Source of the DNA: Eledone cirrhosa
Lineage: Eukaryota
Assembly (NCBI GenBank): GCA_964016885.1
Contig: OZ024753.1
Span: forward strand, 27,466,001-27,530,000
Direction: 5' to 3'
Length of the DNA: 64,000 nt
Shown: one piece after another, positions 27,388 to 41,956 of the stretch
Position numbering within the stretch: the stretch's first letter is position 1
Layout of the letters: each line of letters opens with the position of its first letter
The notes under the pieces: model-generated
Told to the model about the DNA's origin: nothing
The model's database searches: none
Seen by the model: only the letters and a program-made list of their open reading frames with translations
Position numbers and translations under genes: made by a program

Positions 27388-29829
27388 ATGGAAAAACAAT
27401 ATTTGGGAACCTCTTTAAAAAACATACCAATACCTTCTAAGGATGACTTCTTACTCCTTATGATTCAAAAAACTAATAATTTTATCAGAAGGGTTAGATG
27501 GAGAGCCTACCACTTCGATAAAAAATCTAAACAAGCAGATCGGAAATATATGTATGATTTCAATACTTACAAGAATCCACCACACAACTTTTTACTGGAA
27601 GACTTCGAGAAAGACCTTTTTAATTTAATTAAACACCTCAAATTTAAAAAGTATAAATCCGTCTTTCAAAAGGACCTTGATTCTACCCTATTGGACCTAA
27701 AAAAGTCTAAAAAAATCCATGTCCACTCGGACAAAACTGGTAACTTGTATCATATGGATATTGAACATTATAATGAGTTCATATATAAAGAACTCAGAAA
27801 AAATTATAAAAAATCTAATAATGCGTCACTCACCAACATCAACAACAAAACACACAACATAGTAAAAAAACTAAACATTGAAGATAGAACTGAACCTTTG
27901 GCATTGAAAAGACCACACTTCAACCTGAAGGATCATAAATCAAACTTTAACTCAAATCCTTCTATTAGACTTATATGTCCCTCCAAATCAGATATTGGAA
28001 TAATTAGCAAAAAAATTTTGGATAGAGTCATCCCACAAATAAGAAAACACGTTATTTTACCACTCTGGGAAAACACCTCCCAGGTAATTAACTGGTTTAA
28101 AAATATTAGATGTAAATCTTCTGCTTCATTTCTACAATTTGATATAGATAATTACTATTCTTCTATATCACCTATACTCCTGAACAAAGCATTGATATTT
28201 GCTAAAAATAGATCTAGCTTAACTTTGGATGACATTAATATTATTACACATGCTAGACTAACACTTATTGAATTTCAGAATGAATACTGGACCAGAAACA
28301 CATATAGTAATCTATTTGATATTACTATGGGTTCAAGCGATTCCGCCCAAATTACTGATCTTGTGGGCCTCTTTCTCCTTTTCAACATAAATGCCTCCTT
28401 TCCCCACCTCAAAGGTGGTTTATATCGTGATGACTGTCTTCTTCTTTCTAACAACCTTAGCCTTTCAGAAATTGAAAAAAACAAAAAACATATTAGAACT
28501 TTCCTTAAAGACTATTATAATCTTCATATTACTTTTGAAAAAACAAGTAAGGTAGTAAATTTCCTAGATATAACTTTAGATTTAGCTACGGGTATCTACC
28601 AACCTTACCATAAACCAAACCAAAACTTACATTACATACACTCACAATCTAATCACCCTAAATCTATCCTTAAAAACCTTGCATATAATATATCACTTAG
28701 AATTTCTAACCTTTCTTCTAACCAAGATGTATTTGATAAAAATGCGACCTTCTATAACGAAGCTCTAGATAGAAGTGGCCACAAAAATAGATTAGAATAT
28801 ATACCTTCTACTAAAAATACTAAACGCATACAACCTAATATTACCAACAAACACCAAATGAAAAGTACACACCTAAATGCCACCCACACTATACCCCAAA
28901 ATACCAAATCTTCTAATATAAAATATAGTAACTCTCAAAAAACTACTCATCATACAACTCTAATAAATATTAATAATAAAACTCCTAATAAAAAGGATAA
29001 AACACCTAAATCTACAAATATAACTAAAAATGGTTGTGGTGAGATCATTAACATTAATCCTCCTAGTAAACATCACGATACAACCTATAAAAATAATAAA
29101 AATAATAAACAACATAGAAACCGTAATAGACGGGTTACTTGGTATAATGCTCCATTTAATTTACAAATTAAGGATAATATTGCTAAAAAATTTGTTTATA
29201 TCCTAGAGAAAAACTTCCCGCCAAACCACAAATACCATCAAATCTTAAATAGGTCTACAGTTAAATTCTCATACTCTACAACAAATAACATAAAACAAAA
29301 TATAAGTGCCTATAATGCATATAAATGTAAGAAAACCATAAGTATACCACCAGTACATCAAATTAACCATAATATCTCCTCAAATACAGAATTAACGAAA
29401 GGTTGTAACTGTAGAAACAAAGCAAACTGCCCATTAAAAGGGAATTGTCTTGTTAACAACATAGTATATAAATGTAATGTTAAAACTAAAGATTCTATTT
29501 GCTCATATATAGGAGCTACCTCTAACAATTTTAAGACAAGGTTTAATACCCACAAGCATAGTTTTTAAAATGCCGCACTGGCTAATACAACATCTCTAGC
29601 AGAAAAAATCAATAGTTATAAAAATAAGAATATAGAATATGATTTGACCTGGAGTGTGCTCAAAAGAGCCACCCCTTATCAAAATAATAGAAATGAATGT
29701 AGATTATGTTCCCAAGAACTATTTGAAATAATGAAATCTAAGGATATCCTATTAAATAAACGACAGGAATTAATTATATCGTGTAATCATAAACTAAAAA
29801 AAACATTTAAATATTATAAACCTAATTAA
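27388..29829 (+). pseudogene. Naiad-type RT/GIY-YIG polyprotein with one in-frame TAA (29566-29568)
   Basis: SLKNIPIP, QFDIDNYY, GGLYRDD, CNCRNKANCPLKGNC, IVYKC..YIGAT; frame continues to 29829; copy at ~60373 has AAA at that codon. Confidence 0.92.
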
Positions 29830-30339
29830 TAACATTATTTTAGAAATTAATTTAATTTAAATGTTAGTTAACCTATAAATTTAATTTAATTAAAATTCTA
29901 CTACAGATGAGAATATAAAATATTGTGTAATCATAAATTGTGAAAAACCTTTAAATATTACTAATATATACTTAGTAATTTAATTTATAGATTAATTTTA
30001 ATTTATTTAAACCTTTTATTAAAATTCCTTTACAGATAAAATATAACAAAATATCGTGTATCCAATGACAGAGAAATAATTTTTAGTATTATAGACCTAA
30101 TTAATATACATTTTAGAAATATATTTATAATTTGGTTTTAAATTTAGTCAACCTAAAAATTTAATTTAATTGGCTTAAAATTAGTATCCTTATACAGACG
30201 GATTGCAGAGTGTCATGTAATCATAGAATGGGATGTGTTTTGGATGTATACCTAGTTAATATATTCTTTGCAATTTTTGAAAAAATATGTATATGTATGT
30301 ATGTATATGTATGTGTATGTGTGTGTGTATATGTGTATG

Positions 30340-30383
<44 letters not shown>

Positions 30384-31688
30384 TATGTATATGTATATGT
30401 ATATGTATTAATTTTGATTTCTATTTGCATATAATTATATTCTGCTATTGATAAAATACAATATCTGTTTTATTTATTATATACCTAATTAACATATACT
30501 ATAGAAATTAATATATAATTTTTAATTTAGTTAACCTATAATTTATATTCTACTACCGATGTAATACTTTATTTGTTTTTTCCCTATTACTAAATTCATT
30601 TCCTAATATTGATACCATAACGTTAATAACTTTAATTTAGTTATACTATAATTAATACTCTACTACTATTTAACTTCAAAATTCTGCTTCAAATATTATA
30701 AACCTAACTAATTTACACCTTAGAAATCAATATGTTAACTATCTTTAGTTTAGTTAACATATAATTAATGGTATATTTATTTTGAAATGCATAAATTCTG
30801 CCTTATTTCTTGTATTTCCTAACACTGAAACTATGTAAAAACATACATTGGATCCAGATACAGATAATATTCTATGTTTCTTGAAACATATATTTACTAT
30901 AATCCCCTTCTCCAACCCCCCCCCCCCTTTCCCCCATACTATTATCATCTGTGTTTGTAAGCGTGTATGTATGAATATATATGTAGGTAGGTGTATATAT
31001 GTTTGGGTATTTATATCTGAATATAATAATACATATATGCGCATGCAAATAAGAATGTAAGATTGTGTGTATATATATGTGTGTATGTATATATATATGT
31101 GTATATATGCATGTGTATATATATGTGTATGTGTATGTATATATATATATATGTGTATATGTGTATATGTGTGTGGGCGTGTATGTGTGTGTATATATGT
31201 ATATATATATATGTGTGTATGTATGTGTATATATATATATGTGTGTATATATATGTATGTCTCTCTATATATATGTCTATCTTCGTATCTATGTGGGTAT
31301 ATGTGTGTATGTACATGTATGCACATGTATGTGTTTATGTGTATATGTGTGTATGTGTATGTATGTACGTGTGCGCACATATATATATGAGTGTGTGTGT
31401 GTGTGTGTGTGTATATGTATATATATATGTATATCTATGTGTGTATATATGTCTATATTCGTATGTGTATATATATATTATTTATTATTATAATATAACT
31501 TATGTGTATGTGTGTATATGTGAGGGTGTGTATATGTATATATATGTGTATATGTATGTGTAAAAATATATATGTGTATGTGTGTTTTTTGTGTGTGTGT
31601 ATATATATGTATGTATATATGTGTGTATGTGTGTGTTTGTATGTGTGTTTATGGTTGTATGTGTGTGTGGGTGTATATATATAAATGT

Positions 31689-31719
<31 letters not shown>

Positions 31720-31955
31720 TATATGTATCTCTATTAATGTGTGTATATATGTATATATATATACCTTTTTCTTTGTATGTCTGAGTTGTGTGAGAGTGTA
31801 GTGGTGTTTGTATGTATATACGCATATATGGATGCGTATGTATTTGTATATATGAGTATATGTAAGTGCGTATGTATGTATGAATATATATCTATGTCTA
31901 TGTATGAGTATATATGTGTGTATATGTATGTTGTGTGTGTATGTATGTGTGTGTC

Positions 31956-31986
<31 letters not shown>

Positions 31987-32043
31987 GTGTGTATATGTAT
32001 GTATGTATGTGTATGTATGTACATGTATGTCTATGTATATGTG

Positions 32044-32082
<39 letters not shown>

Positions 32083-33373
32083 CGAAGGAAATGTGGTAAG
32101 GAACCAGGTGGACCATAACGCACCAAAGTACTCAATACTTGAGGTAGTAGAGTGGGTAATAGGAACCAGTAAGACCCCGACAGCTGAGCTCAAGCCGTTT
32201 CGACGGCTAATTCTGGACTAAATGAAAATTTATCCTGGTATTTAAATAGCCGATCTTCTCAAGGGGTAATTCCATATATGGTCAAAGTGATTGTCAAAAA
32301 TCAGTAGTAATTCTGTGGTTGCAAATTAGTAGGGGAGATGGTGGCTAAACCTGCCAGTAGGAGAAAGAGGGGAGGGGGTGGAGTAGACCCAATCAAGCGT
32401 TGGTAGTGCCAGCTACAGCTGGGCATGAGGTCAAAGAAGATACAGGGGAGGGGGAGGGGGAGGAAGTCGGAACGGTAGGTAGAACAATGGGGGGTAGAAA
32501 TAGGAAAGAAAAAAAAAATACTGAGAGTGAAGAAAGGCAAATAAGTGTAAAGACAAGTAAAGTAAATTAAATTCTACGACCTAGGTGTCAGGCTATTGTT
32601 AGGCGAGAATAAAATAAAGAAAGAAAGAAAGAAGTAAAAAAATAAATAAATGAATAAATAAGGAAATAAGTAAGAGAACTAGGTGGGACGAATAAGGCAA
32701 GGACCCTTTTAAGAGGTATAAGTACGTAAATGATACGGTGACGGGTCAACAAAAGGGGCCAAAATACTAAAGAGACTACCACGAAATAAACAATAAAGGT
32801 TTCCATCCCGGGCCAGCAACGACCCAGTGCAGCAAAGTGAACTTGTACGAGATAATAATTCTGAGTCCCGAGAAAAATATATACTAATGCTAACTCTAAA
32901 AGATCTAAAACAAGCTAATGAAAGTTCGTACGAAATAAAGGTAGAATACGGAGAAATAAATTCAGAATCCACCCCGCCCAGAAGAAGAGCGAAGCAAGAA
33001 ATACTGAAACGAAAAAATAAGGCATGTGCCACTAAGAAATATAGAGGGCACAGAGAATAGTGGGAGCGGTCGGAAAAAGGGGGAAAGTATCCGGGGTCTA
33101 AGCCAGCTGCTATAAAGGGCGGAGTCCGCCAAATCTATCAAAAACTAGGGGAGGGGGGGTGGGGGTACTAAGGCTACATGGGGCCAAAGGGCAGCCTCGG
33201 GTGGGCGAGAAAAGACGCCGACAAAGGAGAAGAGCTGGGGTAGAAGGACAAAGGGGAGAGGGGGGAAGGAAATAAAGGAAGCGATAAAAGAATACAAAGA
33301 AGATCTTACGTCTTCCTTGGCAAGCAGGGGTTACCTATTGCAAAATCGGCAACTGGGGTGTTATAGCCCTAGT

Positions 33374-35527
33374 CTACCCCCCCGGGTCATTATGGGGTTT
33401 GAGGGCGAGGTAAGTCCTACGCAATCTATGTTTACATGCAGTAACCAGTTCATCTTTCTTGTTTAGGAGTTGGTCCGTCGAAAACAGCATTTGTAAAGTT
33501 TCCTCCGAGCATAAATTGCACGGACGGCGTCCTCCCGTGTAAGAATTGGCTCTGGACAGTAATCTCCAAGTGAGATCATAGGTGATGTTGTTGTCCTTGA
33601 GGTCCCATATGTGGCCCGAAAGTGTAGTGGCGTGACGCCGGGCCGGGTTTCGGAAGGTATGTCTATGTTGGTATAGCCGGGTCTTGAAGTCACATGCGGT
33701 AAGTCCTATATAGGCTTTGTTGGAGGTATCCGTCCTCACGTTGCACTGGTAGATCACATTACGGTCTCTGCATCTATTGTCGAGTGGGCAAATAGATCTA
33801 TCCGGGCAGTTACACATCCTGGTCGGTTCTCCACTGCTAATTAGGTTATTTCTGCCATCGGGGTTGAGTTTTTTGTTGTTAGAGGAGACGATGTTTTGTG
33901 CGAAGTTTGGTGTAGTGCTGTAAGAGAGTTTGATGGTATTTTTGTTAATTATGTTGTGGTAGCGGTGTTGTAATGGGAAGTGTTTTTCAATGAGCCTAAA
34001 GAATAGTTTCCTGATGGGAGTAGTCACCTCTGCGTTGTGGGGAGGATTGAACCATGTTACATCGCGTGAGCGGCGGTGTCTCCTGCTGGTTCCGCTAATG
34101 GGAGCTGGACAGTAGGATATTTCCTCCCGGAAACCACTCCGCTTGAGGGCCTGGTTGTAATAAGGCGCATGTTCATCGAATATCCGCTCATTAGCTGACA
34201 AACGGGATATGCGGAGGGAGATGTTTTTGACCAGGTTGTTTGTGATGTTCCTAGGATGGTTTGATAGGCGGTGGATGTAGTGCAGATTGTCATTAGGTTT
34301 CCTGTATGGGTAGTACAGGTCGTTTTCGAGGTCGAGGGTTACGTCCAGGAAGTTTACTCGGGTCAGGGACGTTTGTAGGGTTATTTTAAATCCCCAGTCG
34401 CGGAAGAATCTAATTAATTGTTTCCGGACCCGATCTGTACTACTGGGGTTGTACCCTTTAAGGGTAAGGAGCCCATCATCACGGTACAATCCACCACCGA
34501 ATGCAGGAAACATATCAGTGAGTTTGGCTATTAGGAATAATCCTATAAGATCAGTGACCTCCGCCGAATCCGTGGCGCCCATGCTGACATCGAAGGCTGA
34601 GTCGGGAGCTCTTTTTATCCATTTAGAGTCGTCAAAGAGTAAGACTGTCTTCCTGGCGTGGAGGATGATTTTTCTTTCCTGGTCGGTGATGGGCACGAGT
34701 GTTTCGGCGAAGTCCAAGGCGGCAGTAAGTAGCGGTAAGGTGATAGAAGCATAGTAGCTCTCTATGTCGAACTGTATGAATTTAGTTTCTCGTTTATCCT
34801 CCATATTGCTGAACCAGGAGATTACTTCCTGGGTGTTGATCCATAGGCTAAGTCGGGTGTGTTGCTTGACTTTTGGTATCACGCGGTCTAGGATTATTTT
34901 GCTGATTCTCCCTATGTCGGACTTCGTTGGGTTAATAAGCCTGATGGAGGGTTTACGGTCAAAATCGGATTTATGGTCCTTCAGTGTGAAGTATGGTGTC
35001 CGTGGGTCTAGAGGTTCCGTGCGGTCGGCGACCCCGAGGCTGGAGGTGATTTGTTGTCCATCTCGATTTATGTCCTCGATACAAGAGTGGTTGGCCTTTT
35101 TATAGGTGGAGTTTAGGCTGCTCCTGATCAGTGTGTGGTATCTGTCAGGGTTGACAAAGTATAGGTTCCCAGTTTTATCCGAATGCACCATGATGTCATT
35201 TGTGTTATCATACTCTGTTAAGTTGCTACGGAGTTTTTGTAGGAATCGGTTGTGTCTGGGTTTAAATTTAATGTTCTTGACCAGTTGGAAGAGGTCATTC
35301 TCGAAGGGTGCGAGCAAGGGGTTCAGGGGCGGAGATTTGTAGGTAATAAATCCGAATCTCTCCTTGGTGCCGAAGTCTTGGTTGTCGCAATATCTGTCAT
35401 AGAAAAAAGTTCTCCATCTAAGTCTTTTCGCAAATAGATCAATTTTTTGCGTGAGCATCCGAAGGTAAAGTTTTTTCGGTGGGATTGGGATGTTCTTGGT
35501 AGAGAAGTCAATGTTGTGTTTTCGCAT
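33374..35527 (-). CDS. Intact Naiad-type PLE RT + GIY-YIG endonuclease (717 aa from first ATG)
   Basis: FSTKNIPIP, QFDIESYY, MGATDSAEV, GGLYRDD, CNCPDRSICPLDNRC, VIYQC..YIGLT..FKTRLYQH; no stops. Confidence 0.93.
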   Translation of the reverse strand: MRKHNIDFSTKNIPIPPKKLYLRMLTQKIDLFAKRLRWRTFFYDRYCDNQDFGTKERFGFITYKSPPLNPLLAPFENDLFQLVKNIKFKPRHNRFLQKLRSNLTEYDNTNDIMVHSDKTGNLYFVNPDRYHTLIRSSLNSTYKKANHSCIEDINRDGQQITSSLGVADRTEPLDPRTPYFTLKDHKSDFDRKPSIRLINPTKSDIGRISKIILDRVIPKVKQHTRLSLWINTQEVISWFSNMEDKRETKFIQFDIESYYASITLPLLTAALDFAETLVPITDQERKIILHARKTVLLFDDSKWIKRAPDSAFDVSMGATDSAEVTDLIGLFLIAKLTDMFPAFGGGLYRDDGLLTLKGYNPSSTDRVRKQLIRFFRDWGFKITLQTSLTRVNFLDVTLDLENDLYYPYRKPNDNLHYIHRLSNHPRNITNNLVKNISLRISRLSANERIFDEHAPYYNQALKRSGFREEISYCPAPISGTSRRHRRSRDVTWFNPPHNAEVTTPIRKLFFRLIEKHFPLQHRYHNIINKNTIKLSYSTTPNFAQNIVSSNNKKLNPDGRNNLISSGEPTRMCNCPDRSICPLDNRCRDRNVIYQCNVRTDTSNKAYIGLTACDFKTRLYQHRHTFRNPARRHATTLSGHIWDLKDNNITYDLTWRLLSRANSYTGGRRPCNLCSEETLQMLFSTDQLLNKKDELVTACKHRLRRTYLALKPHNDPGG

Positions 35528-36912
35528 GGTGCGGGTGAAATGAATTGAGCTTAGCGGAAAAGTCTGGATGCGGCGTGGTAGGGTCGGAAAGTGCTCTACT
35601 ACGGGAGTAGGAGCTAGATAACGAAGGAAATGTGGTAAGGAACCAGGTGGACCATAACGCACCAAAGTACTCAATACTTGAGGTAGTAGAGTGGGTAATA
35701 GGAACCAGTAAGACCCCGACAGCTGAGCTCAAGCCGTTTCGACGGCTAATTCTGGACTAAATGAAAATTTATCCTGGTATTTAAATAGCCGATCTTCTCA
35801 AGGGGTAATTCCATATATGGTCAAAGTGATTGTCAAAAATCAGTAGTAATTCTGTGGTTGCAAATTAGTAGGGGAGATGGTGGCTAAACCTGCCAGTAGG
35901 AGAAAGAGGGGAGGGGGTGGAGTAGACCCAATCAAGCGTTGGTAGTGCCAGCTACAGCTGGGCATGAGGTCAAAGAAGATACAGGGGAGGGGGAGGGGGA
36001 GGAAGTCGGAACGGTAGGTAGAACAATGGGGGGTAGAAATAGGAAAGAAAAAAAAAATACTGAGAGTGAAGAAAGGCAAATAAGTGTAAAGAAAAGTAAA
36101 GTAAATTAAATTCTACGACCTAGGTGTCAGGCTATTGTTAGGCGAGAATAAAATAAAGAAAGAAAGAAAGAAGTAAAAAAATAAATAAATGAATAAATAA
36201 GGAAATAAGTAAGAGAACTAGGTGGGACGAATAAGGCAAGGACCCTTTTAAGAGGTATAAGTACGTAAATGATACGGTGACGGGTCAACAAAAGGGGCCA
36301 AAATACTAAAGAGACTACCACGAAATAAACAATAAAGGTTTCCATCCCGGGCCAGCAACGATCCAGTGCAGCAAAGTGAACTTGTACGAGATAATAATTC
36401 TGAGTCCCGAGAAAAATATATACTAATGCTAACTCTAAAAGATCTAAAACAAGCTACATGAAAGTTCGTACGAAATAAAGGTAGAATACGGAGAAATAAA
36501 TTCAGAATCCACCCCGCCCAGAAGAAGAGCGAAGCAAGAAATACTGAAACGAAAAAATAAGGCATGTGCCACTAAGAAATATAGAGGGCACAGAGAATAG
36601 TGGGAGCGGTCGGGAAAAGGGGGAAAGTATCCGGGGTCTAAGCCAGCTGCTATAAAGGGCGGAGTCCGCCAAATCTATCAAAGACTAGGGGAGGGGGGTG
36701 GGGGTACTAAGGCTACATGGGGCCAAAGGGCAGCCTCGGGTGGGCGAGAAAAGACGCCGACAAAGGAGAAGAGCTGGGGTAGAAGGACAAAGGGGAGAGG
36801 GGGGAAGGAAATAAAGGAAGCGATAAAAGAATACAAAGAAGATCTTACGTCTTCCTTAGCAAGCAGGGGTTACCTATTGCAAAATCGGCAACTGGGGTGT
36901 TATAGCCCTAGT

Positions 36913-38357
36913 CTACCCCCCCCCCGGGTCATTATGGGGTTTGAGGGCGAGGTAAGTCCTACGCAATCTATGTTTACATGCAGTAACCAGTTCATCTTTC
37001 TTGTTTAGGAGTTGGTCCGTCGAAAACAGCATTTGTAAAGTTTCCTCCGAGCATAAATTGCACGGACGGCGTCCTCCCGTGTAAGAATTGGCTCTGGACA
37101 GTAATCTCCAAGTGAGATCATAGGTGATGTTGTTGTCCTTGAGGTCCCATATGTGGCCCGAAAGTGTAGTGGCGTGACGCCGGGCCGAGTTTCGGAAGGT
37201 ATGTCTATGTTGGTATAGCCGGGTCTTGAAGTCACATGCGGTAAGTCCTATATAGGCTTTGTTGGAGGTATCCGTCCTCACGTTGCACTGGTAGATCACA
37301 TTACGGTCTCTGCATCTATTGTCGAGTGGGCAAATAGATCTATCCGGGCAGTTACACCTCCTGGTCGGTTCTCCACTGCTAATTAGGTTATTTCTGCCAT
37401 CGGGGTTGAGTTTTTTGTTGTTAGAGGAGACGATGTTTTGTGCGAAGTTTGGTGTAGTGCTGTAAGAGAGTTTGATGGTATTTTTGTTAATTATGTTGTG
37501 GTAGCGGTGTTGTAATGGGAAGTGTTTTTCAATGAGCCTAAAGAATAGTTTCCCGATGGGAGTAGTCACCTCTGCGTTGTGGGGAGGATTGAACCATGTT
37601 ACATTGCGTGAGCGGCGGTGTCTCCTGCTGGTTCCGCTAATGGGAGCTGGACAGTAGGATATTTCCTCCCGGAAACCACTCCGCTTGAGGGCCTGGTTGT
37701 AATAAGGCGCATGTTCATCGAATATCCGCTCATTAGCTGACAAACGGGATATGCGGAGGGAGATGTTTTTGACCAGGTTGTTTGTGATGTTCCTAGGATG
37801 GTTTGATAGGCGGTGGATGTAGTGCAGATTGTCATTAGGTTTCCTGTATGGGTAGTACAGGTCGTTTTCGAGGTCGAGGGTTACGTCCAGGAAGTTTACT
37901 CGGGTCAGGGACGTTTGTAGGGTTATTTTAAATCCCCAGTCGCGGAAGAATCTGATTAATTGTTTCCGGACCCGATCTGTACTACTGGGGTTGTACCCTT
38001 TAAGGGTAAGGAGCCCATCATCACGGTACAATCCACCACCGAATGCAGGAAACATATCAGTGAGTTTGGCTATTAGGAATAATCCTATAAGATCAGTGAC
38101 CTCCGCCGAATCCGTGGCGCCCATGCTGACATCGAAGGCTGAGTCGGGAGCTCTTTTTATCCATTTAGAGTCGTCAAAGAGTAAGACTGTCTTCCTGGCG
38201 TGGAGGATGATTTTTCTTTCCTGGTCGGTGATGGGCACGAGTGTTTCGGCGAAGTCCAAGGCGGCAGTAAGTAGCGGTAAGGTGATAGAAGCATAGTAGC
38301 TCTCTATGTCGAACTGTATGAATTTAGTTTCTCGTTTATCCTCCATATTGCTGAACC
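36913..38357 (-). pseudogene. 5'-truncated second copy of family B ORF
   Basis: Differs by about four residues; truncated at the inversion junction. Confidence 0.92.
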
Positions 38358-39045
38358 GTATTCTACCTTTATTTCGTACGAACTTTCATGTAGCTTGTTT
38401 TAGATCTTTTAGAGTTAGCATTAGTATATATTTTTCTCGGGACTCAGAATTATTATCTCGTACAAGTTCACTTTGCTGCACTGGGTCGTTGCTGGCCCGG
38501 GATGGAAACCTTTATTGTTTATTTCGTGGTAGTCTCTTTAGTATTTTGGCCCCTTTTGTTGACCCGTCACCGTATCATTTACGTACTTATACCTCTTAAA
38601 AGGGTCCTTGCCTTATTCGTCCCACCTAGTCCTCTTACTTATTTCCTTATTTATTCATTTATTTATGTTTTTACTTCTTTCTTTCTTTCTTTATTTTATT
38701 CTCGCCTAACAATAGCCTGACACCTAGGTCGTAGAATTTAATTTACTTTACTTTTCTTTACACTTATTTGCCTTTCTTCACTCTCAGTATTTTTTTTTTT
38801 TTTTCTTTCCTATTTCTACCCCCCATTGTTCTACCTACCGTTCCGACTTCCTCCCCCTCCCCCTCCCCTGTATCTTCTTTGACCTCATGCCCAGCTGTAG
38901 CTGGCACTACCAACGCTTGATTGGGTCTACTCCACCCCCTCCCCTCTTTCTCCTACTGGCAGGTTTAGCCACCATCTCCCCTACTAATTTGCAACCACAG
39001 AATTACTACTGATTTTTGACAATCACTTTGACCATATATGGAATT

Positions 39046-39139
39046 ACCCCTTGAGAAGATCGGCTATTTAAATACCAGGATAAATTTTCATTTAGTCCAG
39101 AATTAGCCGTCGAAACGGCTTGAGCTCAGCTGTCGGGGT
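39046..39139 (+). ncRNA. Type I HHR, U3-A8 core, 54 nt stem II domain (minus copies ~32174-32267, ~35713-35806, mutated ~45763-45856)
   Basis: acccc TTGAGAA gatcggcta..tagccgtc GAAA cggct tgagctc agct GTC ggggt. Confidence 0.8.
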
Positions 39140-39151
39140 CTTACTGGTTCC

Positions 39152-39190
<39 letters not shown>

Positions 39191-39198
39191 CTTTATTT

Positions 39199-39249
<51 letters not shown>

Positions 39250-39391
39250 CTTTATATATGTGTATGTGTATGTTCGTGTAGGTGTATGTGTGTGTATGAC
39301 TATATATGTATGTGTGTATGTGTGTATGTATGTATATGTATGTGTGTGTACATGTATGTATGTGTATGTATATATATGTGTGTATATGTGT

Positions 39392-39422
<31 letters not shown>

Positions 39423-39721
39423 TATATATATATATATATGTATATGTATCTCTATTTGTATATGTATATGTGTATAGGTATATACCTTTTTCTTTGTATG
39501 TCTGAGTTGTGTGATAGTGTAGTGGTGTTTGTATGTATATACCGATATATGGATGCGTAAGTATTTGTGTGTATGTATGTATGTATGTCTGTATGTATTT
39601 GTGTGTATATATAGGTATGTATGTGTATATCTGTATGTATATAAGTATGTATGTGTATGTATATGTGCGTGTATGTGTATATATATGTGTGTCTATATAT
39701 GTATGTGTGATTATATGTGTA

Positions 39722-39756
<35 letters not shown>

Positions 39757-39850
39757 TTATGTGTATGTGTGTATATGTGTGTATGTGTGTATATGTATAT
39801 GTTTATATATGTGTGTGTATGTATGTTCTAAGTGTAGATGTGTGTATATG

Positions 39851-39900
<50 letters not shown>

Positions 39901-40525
39901 CTTGATATATTTCTTTTTTCTTTTTTCTTTTTCTTTTCTTTCCTTTTTAATTTTTATTTTTTATTTCTTAGTTTATAGATACATCTATAAATAAGCAGTC
40001 TGCCCAAACCGTTGAATACTGACCTCTCCCCCCCCCCCTCCCACCTAATTTCTGTATCTTGATCTAAATGTGTGTGGCAGTGTTTATGTGAGTGAATTAA
40101 TATCCATGTGCTTATGATAATATTATATCCACATATATATATGTGTGTGGGGGTGTGTGTGTGTATGTATGTTCGTAATTATGTGTATGTTTATGCATAT
40201 ACGCGCGCGTGTGTGTGATTGTACGGATATGTGTGAGTATGAGAATATGTGTATACACTTATTTCATATTTATGTGTCTATACGCATCTTATCTGTGCAT
40301 TATAAACTTACAGAGACATTAACCTTGAAATTTTGTATTTACATGCATCTTTTTCGCATGCGTATGCATGTTGAGCATACATTTTTGTATAAATATGTGT
40401 ACGGGGTAGTTACATGTATATACACACACCGAACTGCATAAAACCTTTTGTATTTTCATTGGTCAATTTTGTTCCCAAACGGACCTGAAATTTTGAATTG
40501 TTGTTATTATCAATAAATATATTTC

Positions 40526-40673
40526 ATTATTTCTGAAGACGGCGTATATATGTGTTGGTATGTATATTTAATCTTGATAGTTTGTATAATTTTGTATAAT
40601 TTTGTACATAGATCTGTTGAATATGCATGCCAATTCTAACACATATATATCCTAGAAACGATCGTTAAATAAT
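40526..40673 (+). ncRNA. Type I HHR with ~115 nt stem II domain
   Basis: attattt CTGAAGA ..tatatatgtgttgg..ctaacacatatata.. GAAA cgatc GTT aaataat. Confidence 0.7.
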
Positions 40674-40873
40674 GAACTTTTTTTGTTTAATATAAGGAAC
40701 TGTTTCATTGTTTTATTCATTATTTGTTTAATATTTTATCTTGACTCTGTATACCGTTTATCTTTCACCGAAAGTGATTTTTCATTACATCTCTTCTTTC
40801 CATGATATCCGGAATACATTGAGTTCTTCATACGGATTGGACACTACCGTAAACTCTTGGTAGATTTATCTAC

Positions 40874-41956
<1,083 letters not shown>

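Larger units (their letters stand above)
32081..39152 (-). mobile_element. Naiad family B: full unit + partial tandem unit (period 3539 bp) + inverted 3' segment 38357-39152
   Basis: 32081-34817 repeated at 35620-38357; classic PLE partial-tandem/inverted layout; TA flanks. Confidence 0.95.
26911..40873 (+). mobile_element. Naiad family A element with direct pLTRs (26911-27235, ~40550-40873), interrupted by family B
   Basis: pLTRs near-identical; 3' UTR landmark CTTTGTATGTCTGAGTTGTG at ~31771 and ~39492 on both sides of the B insertion. Confidence 0.85.
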
